This document shows, in pieces, positions 26,562-40,100 of a stretch of 64,000 nucleotides of DNA; within the stretch, counting starts at the first letter, position 1, and each line of letters starts with the position of its first letter. The notes under the pieces were generated by a model, which saw only the letters and a program-made list of their open reading frames with translations, did not search any database and was not told the origin of the DNA. The stretch is from NCBI GenBank assembly GCA_951406725.2, contig OX597816.1, forward strand, positions 93,310,001-93,374,000, in the 5' to 3' direction. Source of the stretch: Octopus vulgaris (Eukaryota). Made by a program: the position numbers and the translations under genes.

Positions 26562-27368
26562 GTATGTATGTGTTTGTGCATGTGTGTCTGTGTGTGACTG
26601 TGTTTCTTTGTCTTGATAATGTGTCATGCAATCAGTGTCATTAACTTCCAGTATTCTGCAAAATCCTAACTGACTATAGGACAATATCAGCATGTTTAGA
26701 AACAGGTGAAGGTTATCAGTAGGAAGCTTCAATGCACTCCATTCAACCCACGCAAGCATGGAAAATTGGATGTTAAAATGATGATAGTTTATTGTAGATA
26801 TTCTATTATGTCTTGGGAGAGGAATTTTTTTCTAAGGAGGCCAGTTTCTCTTGCACACAGATCACCACCATATAATCTGGTAATGATTCCTGCAATAGAT
26901 CAGCATTTATCCAAGTGGAGATTTATCACTCTTCTTTGATCTTTGGGTGCCTTTAATTTAGTTGCCTTTGAACATACCTGCTTCTTCTCATGTTTGTCTT
27001 CCATACACAGAAGATAATGAAAGAATCAAACCCAATCTTGAAACTATGATTATGCCCCAAAATGTAATATTCTTCAAGTTTCAACTACTAAATTTAAAGG
27101 AAACAGTATTTATGATGAGTAGTATATGTCTGTAGTATTCTAGCATACAGTGAGGACTTCTAATTTTGCTTCTCAAACGATGGTTATTTGTGTGTTCAGC
27201 TAGCTTATGAATGTGTAAACAAACTTAATTCTGACAATAATGTAACAAGTATTCTTAAATATACTTTACTTGCTCTTTCCTATGTTCTCTGCTGAAGCAC
27301 TTGATACAACAGTGTTCTATTCTAAGTGTTGACAGATTAAATATTTCATAAATTTAAAGACAAAGAGC

Positions 27369-27446
27369 CAATAGTTCAGTTTTTATGTATGACTTGAAGG
27401 GAAATACATATTACCCTTCAAGTCATACACAAGAACTGAACTATTG
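27369..27446. other. 78-bp near-perfect hairpin (37-bp arms, 4-nt loop)
   Basis: caatagttcagtttttatgtatgacttgaagggaaat-acat-attacccttcaagtcatacacaagaactgaactattg; 34 of 37 positions are Watson-Crick pairs. Confidence 0.9.
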
Positions 27447-27738
27447 ATTTCATATGTAGGCACAAGACCTCATACTTAAAGTGTTGGGAAAATAATCTCA
27501 TATAACATTCACATCTTAAATTACATGAAATAGTAACAACTGACAATTAGAAGAAGTTTATAAAGTTGGTTCGTTCGATATTGCAATATTTTGATAGTTA
27601 AGTACAAGAACACAGATTTACTGAGAAAGAGACATGGGATTTTGTGATGTACATGCCTTTCCAAGGAATGTTAATGGTGCAAAGCATTTCAAATTGCTTC
27701 CCATATCTTACCATCACTTATCATTATTAGAAATATAT

Positions 27739-27955
27739 AAGGCAGTAAGCTGGTAGAATCATTAGCATGACAGGCAAAATGCTTAGTAGTATTGTGTTCG
27801 CCTTTACATTTTGGATTCAAATTCTTTTGAGGTCAGCTTTGCCTTTCAGCCTTTCGGAGCAATAAATTAAGTACCAGTCAAGTACTGGTGTCGATGTCAT
27901 TGACTATCCTCTTCCCCTCAAATTCCAGGCCTTGTACCTATAATAGAAAGAATTA
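27739..27955 (+). mobile_element. SINE family B
   Basis: aaggcagtaagctggtagaatc..ggattcaaattc..gcctttcagcctttcgg..aaattaagtaccag. Confidence 0.8.
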
Positions 27956-29583
27956 TTAGAAATATATCACAAACTATTACATAAAAAATTTCCCCAAGTT
28001 CTCTCATATTATATTACATATTAAAAGATACTGTGGAATGTCTTAGTGAACAACTATGCTTTCATTTATAGTTAGAACCTTTACATATACACTAATGCCA
28101 TTACAGAAGACGTGGGGATAATAACTTCCCACTTCCCTTAAGTAAATCTGACCATCCTTCACAATGCAACAATTATATTATTTTTTTTTTTTAAATTGTC
28201 TTTCACTCAATGAAATATTGGACAGCAAACAGAAAAAAATATTAGTGTTAAAAAGTTGAAGGTGATGCTGGGTTAGACGGAGGTCAGTTAATCTAGTTTA
28301 GAGAGGGTAGGTTATTAGTTGGGAATAAGACAGATGACAAAACTTAAGGTGTTAGAAATAAAGAAAAAATTTCAAACTAACTCTGCAAGTTAACAATATC
28401 TTAAATGTAGAAGACAGTTAAAGTGGTTGGAAGAAACATTAAAATACAATATAAGAAATGATATAGACAACTAATAAAACTAACATTAAAAATAACATAT
28501 AATCAAGAATATATATGTTTCTGAACTGACAATATCAGTTTTTAGTATAGTAATATATCATGTAGTGATTGTTGTTGTGGTGATGGTGAGATGTATGAAC
28601 ATCTTCAAGATGCCTATGCATAAAGTTGTATTTTGCCAAGATTTGTTTCATAGTGGAAAACATTTTTTGATTTTATAAACAAGAGATTTTGAAACATTTA
28701 GATGCCTACCCCATTACCTAGGGTAGAGAAAAATCAGTGTTTTAGACATTTTTATTATTTTTTTTTAAATTATTGCTTGCTTTATATTCAAGATGGCTCC
28801 TTCATGTGGGGGGAGCAGTAAAATGTACTAGCCAGATGTGTGGAAGGTAAATGAATACATTTGAACAAGCTGATATAGCAAATATTTATATTCTAACATA
28901 TGGAAAAAAATAACATTTTTATAACATTAATAGCAATAGTGGCAATTTTGCTAGCAAAGCTAATCAGAAGAAATACTCAATATAGTTTGGTTCCTATATG
29001 GGAAAAGCAAAGCACATGGTTGAGATATGTTCAGAGTGGCAGTGCTTCCTTGCTGCCCACAGAATATATTGAAGAACAAGAGGAGGGTAATATCATTCTG
29101 TTTTTCCATAAACTAAAAAGGTTTCCATTCAGCCACTAAGAAACAGGTAAAACTCTTATAGAGAAAATATTGGTATTCTAAATATTTATATTAGTTTTCT
29201 TTAAACTATTACTTACTAGTTATTAGATGGCTTCTTCTTATGGGGAGACAGTTTTAAAACAATAACACAGAGCTTGTAAAAAATTATGTGTCTTTGTATA
29301 TTTCAACGACTGAGATTGGACACATTGAAGTTTATGCTTGGCTTTTAAGATTAAAGTGTCTGGGAACCCATCACATGAGTGGGTGTTGCTTTGTATGAAT
29401 TTGTAAATATATTCGATTGGTTGAATAATTACAAAGATCTACTTGTCAATAAACAAGAAATTGGCCAAAAAGCGACTTACAAAGGAAGTTAAAACTGGAA
29501 TGCCAGATGTCACATCAGATAACGTCATTGGCACAAATTTCCATGTTGTATGAGTGAGGACTTCCAGAATATCACCGTTTATT

Positions 29584-29926
29584 ATGAGTTTCAGGGCAAA
29601 AGATAGAATGTGTGTTGTGATGGGATGTATAATAGACCATTGGACAGTGTTTCTGCACACGATTTTCCCAAGGGTCAGTGACTGCTGAGTGGTCTGAACC
29701 CTTGCAGTACACTAAGGTTTGATTGGAGCATTTTAACCCAGGCTATTTTGAAGTGCAGTATTCACTTATGAAGGAGTTCAGAATAAATAGCAAGACATGC
29801 TTATGCCCAGGATCTGTACCATCTATTTATCTCAAAAGGAAACTGGATGATCTCAATGAGGCATGCTTATCAACCCCTATCCCCACACCAGAATGCTCAA
29901 CTGTTGTGAAAAGGGGAAGAAATAAG
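29584..29926 (+). pseudogene. THAP zinc-finger domain relic, probably from a THAP-bearing DNA transposon
   Basis: MSFRAKDRMCVVMGC..FLH..FP / W.EP...KV*LEHF..L.PGSVPSIY matches the C2CH plus AVPTIF-box pattern. The third Cys is a TGA, the frame is broken, and it ends at a donor AAG|GTATGT. Confidence 0.7.
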
Positions 29927-31494
29927 GTATGTATTGTTTTTATTACTTGTGATGGTTGCATATAACTCCGGACCACAAATTTCTATATTACATTGAAAAA
30001 TAAATGGTAAATTAAGTTTTGGGAGAATAGTCTGAAAAATCTCAAAAGGCCATGCTAAATAGACTATCTCAGGGCATCACTTCACTTATAGATTAACATA
30101 TATAGTTGTGTTTTATGTTTTGATAAGCAATTAAAATGCTTGCAAGCCAATGTAGTATAGGATAATCTAAAGGTAAATAACAACAGGCCAATGTATAACA
30201 CACTACTGGTACATTTTATTGCATATGCATATCATTGAGTAAAAGCCATTTAAGAACCTTCTGTCCAAAGTTGAAAACGTTAAAAGCAGGTGAATTCATC
30301 AGGAATAACAGCTGGGTGAAAGCCATGGCTGTTTCTGTTGCTTTTCTCACAACATCACTATCCTAGTTCTAATGATACTTGAAACAAGTGGAAGAAAAGA
30401 ATGAAATACTTCATCCTTAGTGCCAGTAGGACCAGAGCTAATGAAATAAGAAACAAAGAAACAGAAGGGTCTCCTACTCTAGTACAGAACTGGTGAGGGG
30501 TTGCAAGCAGTAGTGTTACCACATTGTCTTATGGCAACAGGAAAGAGATGAAGACTAACAAAAGGTTGGAAACTGTTGGTGGGGGCATAAAAAAGAAGAA
30601 AGAAGCAGCAAAACGAAATAAAGAGCCAAACTAGGGGCAAACAGGTTGCTGCAGTCCCTTACTAATTGTATCTAATGACCTAAAGAGCTAGAACTCTATG
30701 GCCGTCTAAAGTGATAACAAAACTCTAATGTAATCTTCTGAATAACTTGTAGTGATGCTTGGAATTCGAAACCATATCTTAATAACAAGTAAAAGGCCAC
30801 GATATATCAGATAATTTTTGCCTTGTATTCTGACCAATCTGACTCGCATTTGTGTGATCACATGATTTGAAAGGAAATTTCCAAACAGTTTCTCATCAAA
30901 ATATGGACATACATTGACATGAATAGGAAAGACAAATCAGAGAGGAGAGAAATTTAACAAAGTTCATTAGAGATATTCTCAGTTTATTGGCTGCCATGTT
31001 CAAAGAACATCTCATCAACACATATACACACTCCTAGCATACAGCTTAACACTCTCAGCAAATAATGTCTGTGATGGCTTTATGTAAATAAATGTGATTT
31101 GCTGGAAACTTTTTATGGTGCTATGGTTTCTATATGTGAACAACACTCAGTCTAATCAAATATCCATTACCCACTTTAACCAAGCCGCAAACCTAAAGGA
31201 GAATGAAAATCATACTGTAAAAGTTAGGCGTCAAAACTCTGAATCCCCAATTGATGATAAAAATATCTACAGTCTTGTTAGAAGTAAGGAAGCACTCCTC
31301 GGAAGAGTGGGACCATTGACAGCTTGGCTAATGCTATGAGTGCTCAAGAACAATTTTGGAAGTTGAAGTTTCTTTGAGTGAGCAGATGTGAGAAGTTGTC
31401 CTTATCCTTCCCACTTATGTGTAGGTCAGTTAACCTATTTTCTTGTGTGTACTAAAATCTTGTCTTAATTTATTGTCTTATATTTTGTCACCCA

Positions 31495-32462
31495 CCCTCC
31501 TTGCATGCACGACAGAGTGTAAATAATTTAAGAAGAAAACTTGGTGTAAGAGGTGTCAGATATTATGTTCAAGACAAAAGACTGCACTAGTTTGCTTATG
31601 TGATGTGCATGGATTAGGACAGCTGCATAAAGAAGTGCTGAGTTTTAATAGTGAAAGGAACCTGTTGAAGGGGTAGACCAAGGAAGACGTGGGACAAAAT
31701 GGTGAGAAAAGCTCTTTAGATGTTGGGCTTCTCTGAGGAAATGATAAGGGCTGGAAGTTGTAGCAGTTTGTTGTACTTAAGATGTACCAAGCTAAGTAAA
31801 ATTCATAATACAGGCTTGTCCTTTACAGGTGCTGGTGCCACAGAGAAGCAGTCAGTACATTCTGTAAAGTGGTTGGTGTTAGGAAGGGCATCCAGGCATA
31901 GAAACCAAGCCACAATAAACACTTAGTGTCTAGACAGCTCTCTGGCTGACCAGCTCCATGTCTATGCCAGCATGGAAAGTGGGCATTAATGATGATTATA
32001 TATATATACACACATAGATACATATATTTATGAATATGTATATATGTAACTATAAAGCCAAGTGAAATTATTGTTGTGACCATTGTCAGTGTCACATAAC
32101 TGGCACCCATGCTGGTATCACATAAAAAGCACCTTTTGAGCATTGGGCTCAAGTCATGGAAGCAATGACAAGTGACCAAGCTTTTTGGCAATATGTTGTA
32201 CTTGAGAAGGAAGATCCATCAAGCCAAGTAAAATTGTAGTTTTGGGAGATACTGGTGACATGCAACTGGCACCCATGCTGGTAGCACGTAAAAGCACCCA
32301 TTACACTCTGGGCGTGATTGGTGTTAAGAAGGGCATCTAGCCATAGAAACCATGCCAAATCAGATTGGAATCTGGTGCAGCCCCTCAGCTTACCAGACAT
32401 TGTCAAACCGTCCAACTCATATCAGCATGGACAATGAACACTAAATGATGATGATGATGATG
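31495..32462 (+). mobile_element. RTE LINE ORF2 C-terminus plus two tandem 3' tails
   Basis: LRRKLGVRGV..KRLH*F..RGRPRKTWDKMV, then tails ending gcatggaaagtgggcattaat(gat)n (~31996) and (gat)n (~32462). Confidence 0.8.
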
Positions 32463-34284
32463 AATATATATATATGTATGTATATGTATATGTGTGTGTG
32501 TAATGTATTATATGCTTTGTAACTCTTTTTGCATGACATATTTTGTATTGCATGTATGGGCCCTTGAGGCCAATAAATAAAAGATTGTTATTGCTGATGT
32601 TGTTGTTATTGCCACTACTGTTAAACAGATGAGTATAACAAAATACAAACATCAAACATTATCAGTAAAGATTCATTTCAGATATACAGATCTTTAAAAT
32701 TAACACAGCCTGCCAACATATAATCATTTGTTATTTGCTCTCATGCATTTCAGAAAATATTAAGTGGTCACTTGAGACCAGTCAAATTTATTTTTTGTAT
32801 TGATTTACCAGTATAGATTAGGAAATAAATATCTTATCAATAAGAGACATGAAATCCATCTTCTACTCATCAGAAAAGAAAACCAAGCTGAAAAATTTGG
32901 TTACAAAACTAAATCGTATTTATTCAGTGTAGTCTTATATGATTGAAAACATATTAAAAAAATCTCCAGCAAATTATAAAGTATATCCCCCAATAAAAGA
33001 AACATACACAATGCAATCATCCACTTGTATATTTTAGTTGAGGTATTTTCTGTAGATGCTAGCGGACAATCATAGCCACGCATGCACAAATGTGTTTGCT
33101 CACCCATGTGTTAGTAGATTCATAGTTGAATAAACAGTACCGCTAGCAATGAACTAATTACACACTATTGATCAGTGAATTTGAGCAACTTGCTCATCAA
33201 ACAACACAGCCAATCAATAGATGAGTTCTAGTTTGTCATTTTCTTCTCAATCTTTTTCTCCCTTTATCTAGCAAAATTATACAAATTGAAATAAAATAAA
33301 AATAATATTGAAGTATTTCAAATGAAATAAGCTTCAGGTTTCCAAACTTTAAGTAAATATTTCAGAAATTCAACTAAACTTTATTTCTTATTAGAATTTG
33401 TCTAATGTTAATCATTTGTGGTCAAATTAAATTTTCCCTGTATTTATTTTTCCTATGTTGAATGGTTAGATTAATAAAAGAAAAATACCCTGTTTTATCG
33501 CAGAATGTTTCCCTGCCTATCTAACAATCATAATTATTAAATAGCGTTGGAACTTATTTTCAGCAAGATAAATTGATTAGTTAAATGTATGTCTTCTATT
33601 TGTTGACTTGTATATTTCAATCAATTTCAAATTGAACATCTAGAAATGCAGAAATTAAACAATGTGTATATAGAAACTAAAAAAAATCAATCAGTTTATA
33701 TATATATGCTGGTAATTTTTATCTAATGAATTTTCAATAAATCTATAAGAAAAATGGCTTAAACAATTATCATAAATTAATTTTTCAAGTTACTCTAATT
33801 TAACAAATTTAAAGGAAAAAAGTGGGATTTAATAAAGTCTTCATATGTTAATTTCAACCTAGCAATATGTAAATCAGACTCAGTCTCAGATCATGTACAA
33901 TATAAAAATGATATTTTTGTTTATCAAAAGTAAAGCTTTTATCAGTAAACAAAAAGCAGTTTGGTTATCTAGTTATTATCATGTGGCTCATTGTCAGCAT
34001 TGCTGTCATCGTCGTTATTGTCTTTATTATCAATATTATCATCAGCATTAACACCATTGTTTCTAAATGACAGCTTTTCAATACTCGCCTTGGTCAGATG
34101 AAATTTCCTGAAGCAGATTTTCAATGGTTGGTCACACGTCCAGAACTGTTTTCATGGTAGATTGTAAACAAATGACATTGCCTGTATGATGAAGATACTT
34201 CTTAACAATAACCATTTGATATCATGGCAAAATCACACACACACACACACACATGCATGCATCTGTAAAAATCACGCCAAAACT

Positions 34285-34488
34285 AACCTCGCATGTGCTA
34301 GTGCCATGTAAATAGCACTGAGACCCCTCTGCTGAATGGTTGGTGTTAAGAAGAGCATCCAGCCATAAAACCATGCTAAAACAGACATAGTAGCTTAGGG
34401 TTTCCTACCTGGCTGGCTCTTGTCAACTGTCCTGCCCATGCATGCATTGAAGACGAATGTTAAACAATGATGATGATGATGATGATGA

Positions 34489-34492
<4 letters not shown>
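34285..34492 (+). mobile_element. RTE-type 3' tail ending (GAT)n
   Basis: tggttggtgttaagaagagcatccagcc..cccatgcatgcattgaag..ttaaacaat(gat)n. Confidence 0.75.
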
Positions 34493-34535
<43 letters not shown>

Positions 34536-34542
34536 TATATTT

Positions 34543-35734
34543 TCTCAGATGAGTCATCTTTGAATTGTTTCCAAAGGAATTTTTGTCCATGCTTCAACTA
34601 AAACAGTCTCCAGTTCTTATAGTGATGATGATGGAGGATATCGACTCCTTACTTGTTTTTCTAAAATGCACCATAAATGTTCAATAGTATTGAGATCTAG
34701 GGACTGCGGTGGCCAGATAAGACGTTCAACTTCACTAGAATGTTTCTCGTGCCATTAACTAACAACTTTAGCTGTGTGAATTGGAGCATTATCATCCTGG
34801 AAGATTGCTTTTCCGTCCAAAAACATTTCCACAACCATAGGATGAATTTTATCAGATAAAATGCTTAAATAGTCTTGACTGTTAATTCTACATGAAGGGA
34901 AACCATTGGGCCAGCGGATTTCCAAGATATAGCCACCCCTAGATCATCACAGATCCTCCTCCAAGTTTAACAGTTGGAAGAAAGCAGTCTGGGTCAAATG
35001 CTTCTTTTGGATGTCTCCACACACATACTCGGCCGGTAGTCAGAAATAAAGTAAAGGATGACTCATCTGAGAAAATAACATTTTTCCACTACTCTAGGGA
35101 GCAATTCTGTAGATTTTTACTCTACCCTAAACAATTGGCAACGTTTGTTTTTGAAAGCAGTGGTTTTCTGATTACAGCTTTCCCATGAAATCCAGCTATC
35201 TGCAGCTCCCAGCAAACAGTTTTTGTGGAAACTGGGTTTTTGTGGAAACTGGGTTTTCGGGGTGGTCATTATGCTCTGCAATCATTTTGGGAATTGTTCT
35301 TTTCTGATGCTTCCTAACAATTCATGTAAGAGTCCAACTGTCTCTATCTGAAAATTTTGGTTTTCTTTCGATGAGGAGGTTTTTCCCTCTTTCTCAAAAG
35401 CTGTCATTACTTTTGAGACAGTACTTCTTGATACACCAAGCATTTTGGCTGTTTTCGTTATGCTAGCACTTGCCATATGAGCACCATATGCTAGCACTTG
35501 CCATATGAGCATCAACAATTTGACCTCAATCCAATAGATCTGTCATTTTAATGAATTTTAATTACTTTCTTCTGAGGATATCTGAAAAGAAACAGCAATT
35601 TTAACCAAACCTATTAAGCAACACCAATAATAAATCAAAAACATAAAAATAAACAAGCTTTTGATGGTTTTATAGATATTTCAAAATTATGATGCTATGA
35701 TGCTAGGTGTTTCCATTATTTTGTCTAACCCCTG
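34543..35734 (-). mobile_element. Tc1 (DD34E) transposon, 3' TIR lost, decayed
   Basis: 5' TIR TA|caggggttagacaaaataatggaaacacc; transposase ASITKTAKMLGVSRSTVSKVM, VIFSDESSF, FQDDNAPIHTAK and IWPPQSLDLNTIEHLW. Confidence 0.9.
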
Positions 35735-35741
35735 TATATAT

Positions 35742-35893
35742 GAGAAGCTTCTTTCAGTTTCTGTTTATGAAATTCACTCACAAGCTATTGGTCAGTTTAA
35801 AGCTATAGCAGAAGACATTTGCTCAAGGTGCCACACTGTGGGAATGAACCTGAAACCACATCAGTGCAAACTTCTTAATCACATAGCCATGAT
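35742..35893 (-). mobile_element. SINE family A head
   Basis: Reverse complement of the family A 5' half, abutting the Tc1 TA site. Confidence 0.8.
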
Positions 35894-36592
35894 TTAGATT
35901 GAATTTTTAAAAAATTTGAAGTAATGTGGAATAGAATATAACATAGAGTGTCAAAAGAGTTTCTCAGATATGCACTCAAATAAGCTACTTTATGTTATTC
36001 TTAGTCAATCTACTTAAAAACTGGTTGAAACACAGGCAGCATCTCAGAAGTTAACATAGCCATAAGCTCATTTGCAACAAAACAAAGCTTGTGTATCATC
36101 ACAAGGTCGTTTAGCACAATGGAAACTAGAAATAATCAGTCTGTATCACTTAGGCCAGGAAAAGAATTTAACTCAATATTTCCACTTAATAGAAAAATTA
36201 CTTGTGTTATGTCTGATTGATTGAGACATCTTTTACTTACATTACCTTCTTCATATTCCAGTAGAAAATAACAAAATACTTTGTTATTATCTTATGCCAT
36301 ATAACTGCAATTAAAAAAGACATCAAATATGAATTAATAGAATAGCTTGGAATGTTGCAAAATTAAATTCAAAGACAAAGTTTTTGGCAGTGTGACTGCA
36401 ATATTAATAAAAATATTGATGGAAATGAAATTAATAACAAGAGAAATAGCATTAAAATAATTATAAAGAACAACAAAAACTCTTTACCATATAGCAAATT
36501 GAATGTAACACAGATACCTTGTAGTTCCTCAAGAAACACTACTATACAGACATCAAGAATATAAAGTTTAGCTTGTGGTTCATAAAAAATAA

Positions 36593-37092
36593 TCTTTATA
36601 TATAAAAGTGAAGTTGTGTGTCTGTCTCCTACGATTTAGATTCCTAACTACTCCCACATTTTGCGGTGCAGTTTAACCAAAACCGGGTAACTTATAGTCG
36701 TGATTCATATCGAGCCCTTCTGGGTATTAGTGCGCATCTACGATGAGTCTACGATTTTTAAAAAAATTTACCATCATTTTTTTCCATTTTAATGCATTTT
36801 TTTCGCTATTATATAAGGGAAGTAACTCTCTAAAAATGTCTACGATGAGTCAACGATTTAAAAAAAAATTTACCATCATTTTTTTCCATTTTAATGCATT
36901 TTTTTCGCTATTATATAAGGGAAGTAACTCTCTAAAAATATCTACGATGAGTCAACGATTTAAAAAAAATTTACCATCATTTTTTTTCCATTTTTAATGC
37001 ATTTTTTTGCTATTTTTTGGCTATAGCTCTCTAAAAATGCTTATATAGTTATTTCCCTTACAAACCCGAGCAACGCCAGGCGATACTGCTAG
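36593..37092 (+). mobile_element. Non-autonomous Helitron with internal ~102-bp tandem repeat (3 copies)
   Basis: A|TCtttatatataaaagtgaag ... aaacccgagcaacgccagg..tactgCTAG|T; units starting tctacgatgagtc at about 36737, 36839 and 36941. Confidence 0.88.
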
Positions 37093-37139
37093 TTGTATAT
37101 AATATAACTTAAGTAATATTAATAATGATAGTAATAAGG

Positions 37140-40100
37140 ATAGTAATACTTTCTTTGAACCATTTGTGAAAACCACTTATCACTGCTGACATGAGGAAGA
37201 GGATAAATGTGAGAGTTCCACTGGGCAACTGGTTTATGGGGTTATCCAAAAGAAAAATGGTTTGAACAATTATCATAAATTAATCTTTTAGGTCTCTCAA
37301 ATTTAACGAATTTAAAAATAAAAGGATCTACCAAAAGGTCTCTTGCAGCATTACATAGGCCACTTTCACTTTGAAAACTCCCCACATCATATTGGAATTT
37401 GAATAGAAAATATTTGTAGACTACAGATGTCATTCTCACCAGAGTTGTTTCCAGTTACCATCTTTAGTGCATACTCAAAACCTAGTGTTCATATTTCTTA
37501 GTCATTTTGTAGTCTATATTCACTCAGCCCAGCATCCACATTTGAGACAAAGGCATATTTCAGGAGTATTCTTGTGTATTAATGTTGCAGTTGTTGTTAT
37601 TGTTGTTGCTTTTTTTTTTAAGCTGATGACATTGTGTCTGTGATTTGATAGTTCTTGTTGCTGCTGGTTGGCTGGTATGCATTCTATTTTGCAGCCCATT
37701 GACATTTCTGCATTTTGTAGTAAGATAAATACCAATGGCTGTTTTTCCTCTTCACAAGTTCAGTTTGCTATTATCCAGCACTTTTTCCTTTTATCATTTG
37801 ATGAGCATCTGAAGGAGACTACGTAATTAGACAAAAATGGAAAAAAAATACCTGATTGATGCTTGTGTGTGTACATGTGTTATCTGTGTTGGCATTGGTA
37901 TTGTTATTTGGAAAACCGCATTCTGCTGCTGACATATGCATAAACACTCTGCTTCAGTACCTTGGCATAGATTTGGGTACCTGTTACTGTTGCAGTTTCA
38001 GTATTGCCACTGTTTCTTTTTTCTGTGTGTTGCAACTTCTGTTATTACTGTTACTGCTTCTGAGTAGTTGTGTTGTAGCTTATTACTATTGCTGTTGTTA
38101 AACTGCAGTTGTAGCTGAATTGTTGGCAGCAGTGCAGTTCAATGTTCACTTGGTCTCTGTGATACACAGGGCCTTCAGACATTTGGTGGTAACACATGCG
38201 GGGCACTTGGTCATCTATTATCTACTATAACATGTAGTTCATTTCCATTTCAAGGACTATTTGGTCAGGGATCTTGTCCAAGTTTCTAGTTGTACCTGGA
38301 TTAAGAAACCCAATGTCAATTCCAGACCATTTTTCTTTTTCACACCCATAATTGTATTCTTTTTCTCTAGAACACAATCCACCAGATATTCAATCTCATC
38401 AGTCTATTCAAAACCTTCACCTTCATCACTTTCTAACCCAAATATTTTGGAATGAGGCTGAAATCTTCAATATAGATGAAAGACTTCCACTTTCTCCTTT
38501 CACCTAGCATTGAACCTTTTTCCTTTCTTTACCATTGTGAGAGTGACCCTTTATACTTATGTATATTACCATTTACTTAATTGTTTCCCCTAAGAAATGT
38601 GGGCTCTGACTTATGCAGACATATTTGATGTCTTTCTTCTAAGCAAACATTTTGACCATTCTTGGGTCTAACCATTTCTCATCTAGAGGGTGCAGCCTTT
38701 ATAGTGTTCTTATTGTTGGTACTGTTCATACCATTCACACCCATGCATCCAGCTCTTCCTTACTCAATCTTCTCCAAAAAGGTGCACCCAAAGACAACTA
38801 TCAGCATATTTTTGTGTTGGCTAAGGCAACAAAACTTCAATATCCCCTTAGTATTACCATTTCAAACTGTTATAAATTACTGGCATAATTTTCACTAAAA
38901 GCCTATCATCCAAGTGTTTTTGGAAGGTCTATTAAATCCACTTCATTCAGTACCTCCCAATCCTTTTTTTATAAGTCAGAGTTATCAGCATTCCAATAGT
39001 GACCATATTGTTCTGCCTCATCTCTGTAAAATCTATGACACTGTCCTGTGGAAAGGACTCTGCTTCATTCATTTAAGCTGCCTTCTGTTGAAGGTTATCG
39101 TTTTTTGGGATGGATTTTCTCCCATATTTTGTCTTTTGCACCTTTTCTGACAATTTGGAAATCTTTCTTCGTTTCCATATCCTCTGCCTCATTACAAGAC
39201 ATGCCGCTGGTTATGACAGGAAGAAGGGCTGTGTGGTCAGTAGATTCTGAGACCAGGAACAAGGTGTATTCCTTCACCATCTTCAGAACTGTGAACTATG
39301 TTGCTCTAGACACTAGCACCTGTGGTTGGTGTCTCTACTATCATCCACCCAGTTTCTCTTCACCTTTTTCAGTTCTTCCAAGCAAAAGGTCTTCATGTGA
39401 GAACCTTTTTTTCCTGAAGAAGTGCTGCAATTAGTTTCCGCAAGTCTAGCAGCCAGTTTTTGTTCCTGCGCCATGAACCAAGCCAATTCCCTTTGTTTTT
39501 GTGCCTATGATAGAGCCTGACTCAAATATGACCCTCCAGTTTTAGGAGCTGCTAAGATTTATATGTTTATTCTGTCTCCTCCTCACTCTGTATCATGCTT
39601 TACATTTCTGTACTAACCAGGTGTTTTCTTTTTTAAACAAAAAATGATAACAAGCCTGAGGTTAGTATTGTTGCTGATATTCCTAACCAATATATTCATA
39701 TTCCTCTGTCCCTAATAGTGGGTGACAAGTATAGAGGTGGAGGTGTACCATGCCTATTTCTAGGATACACTTTTAATCCTAAAAACTAATACAAACCCAC
39801 CCATAGTTCCTAAAATTATCAATTGAGAGAATTTTTGCCACTATTCCAATAGTTGCTTTGAAGTTAATTGGAATCCTCTGCTTTTTATTAACAGACATGG
39901 ATAGACAATTGTGCATTGTACCTGCTGCTGAATATATTCTTTGGGCAAAGATATGTAACTTGGTCTTCCCATGTGGCATTGTTTTCCCAAATAGACTTGA
40001 CATGTGGGTAAAACTTATCCCATCCTGAAAGACATTAATACATTTATATGACAGACCACATTATTAAAAATACTCTTTACATAGTAGACCATATCATTTA

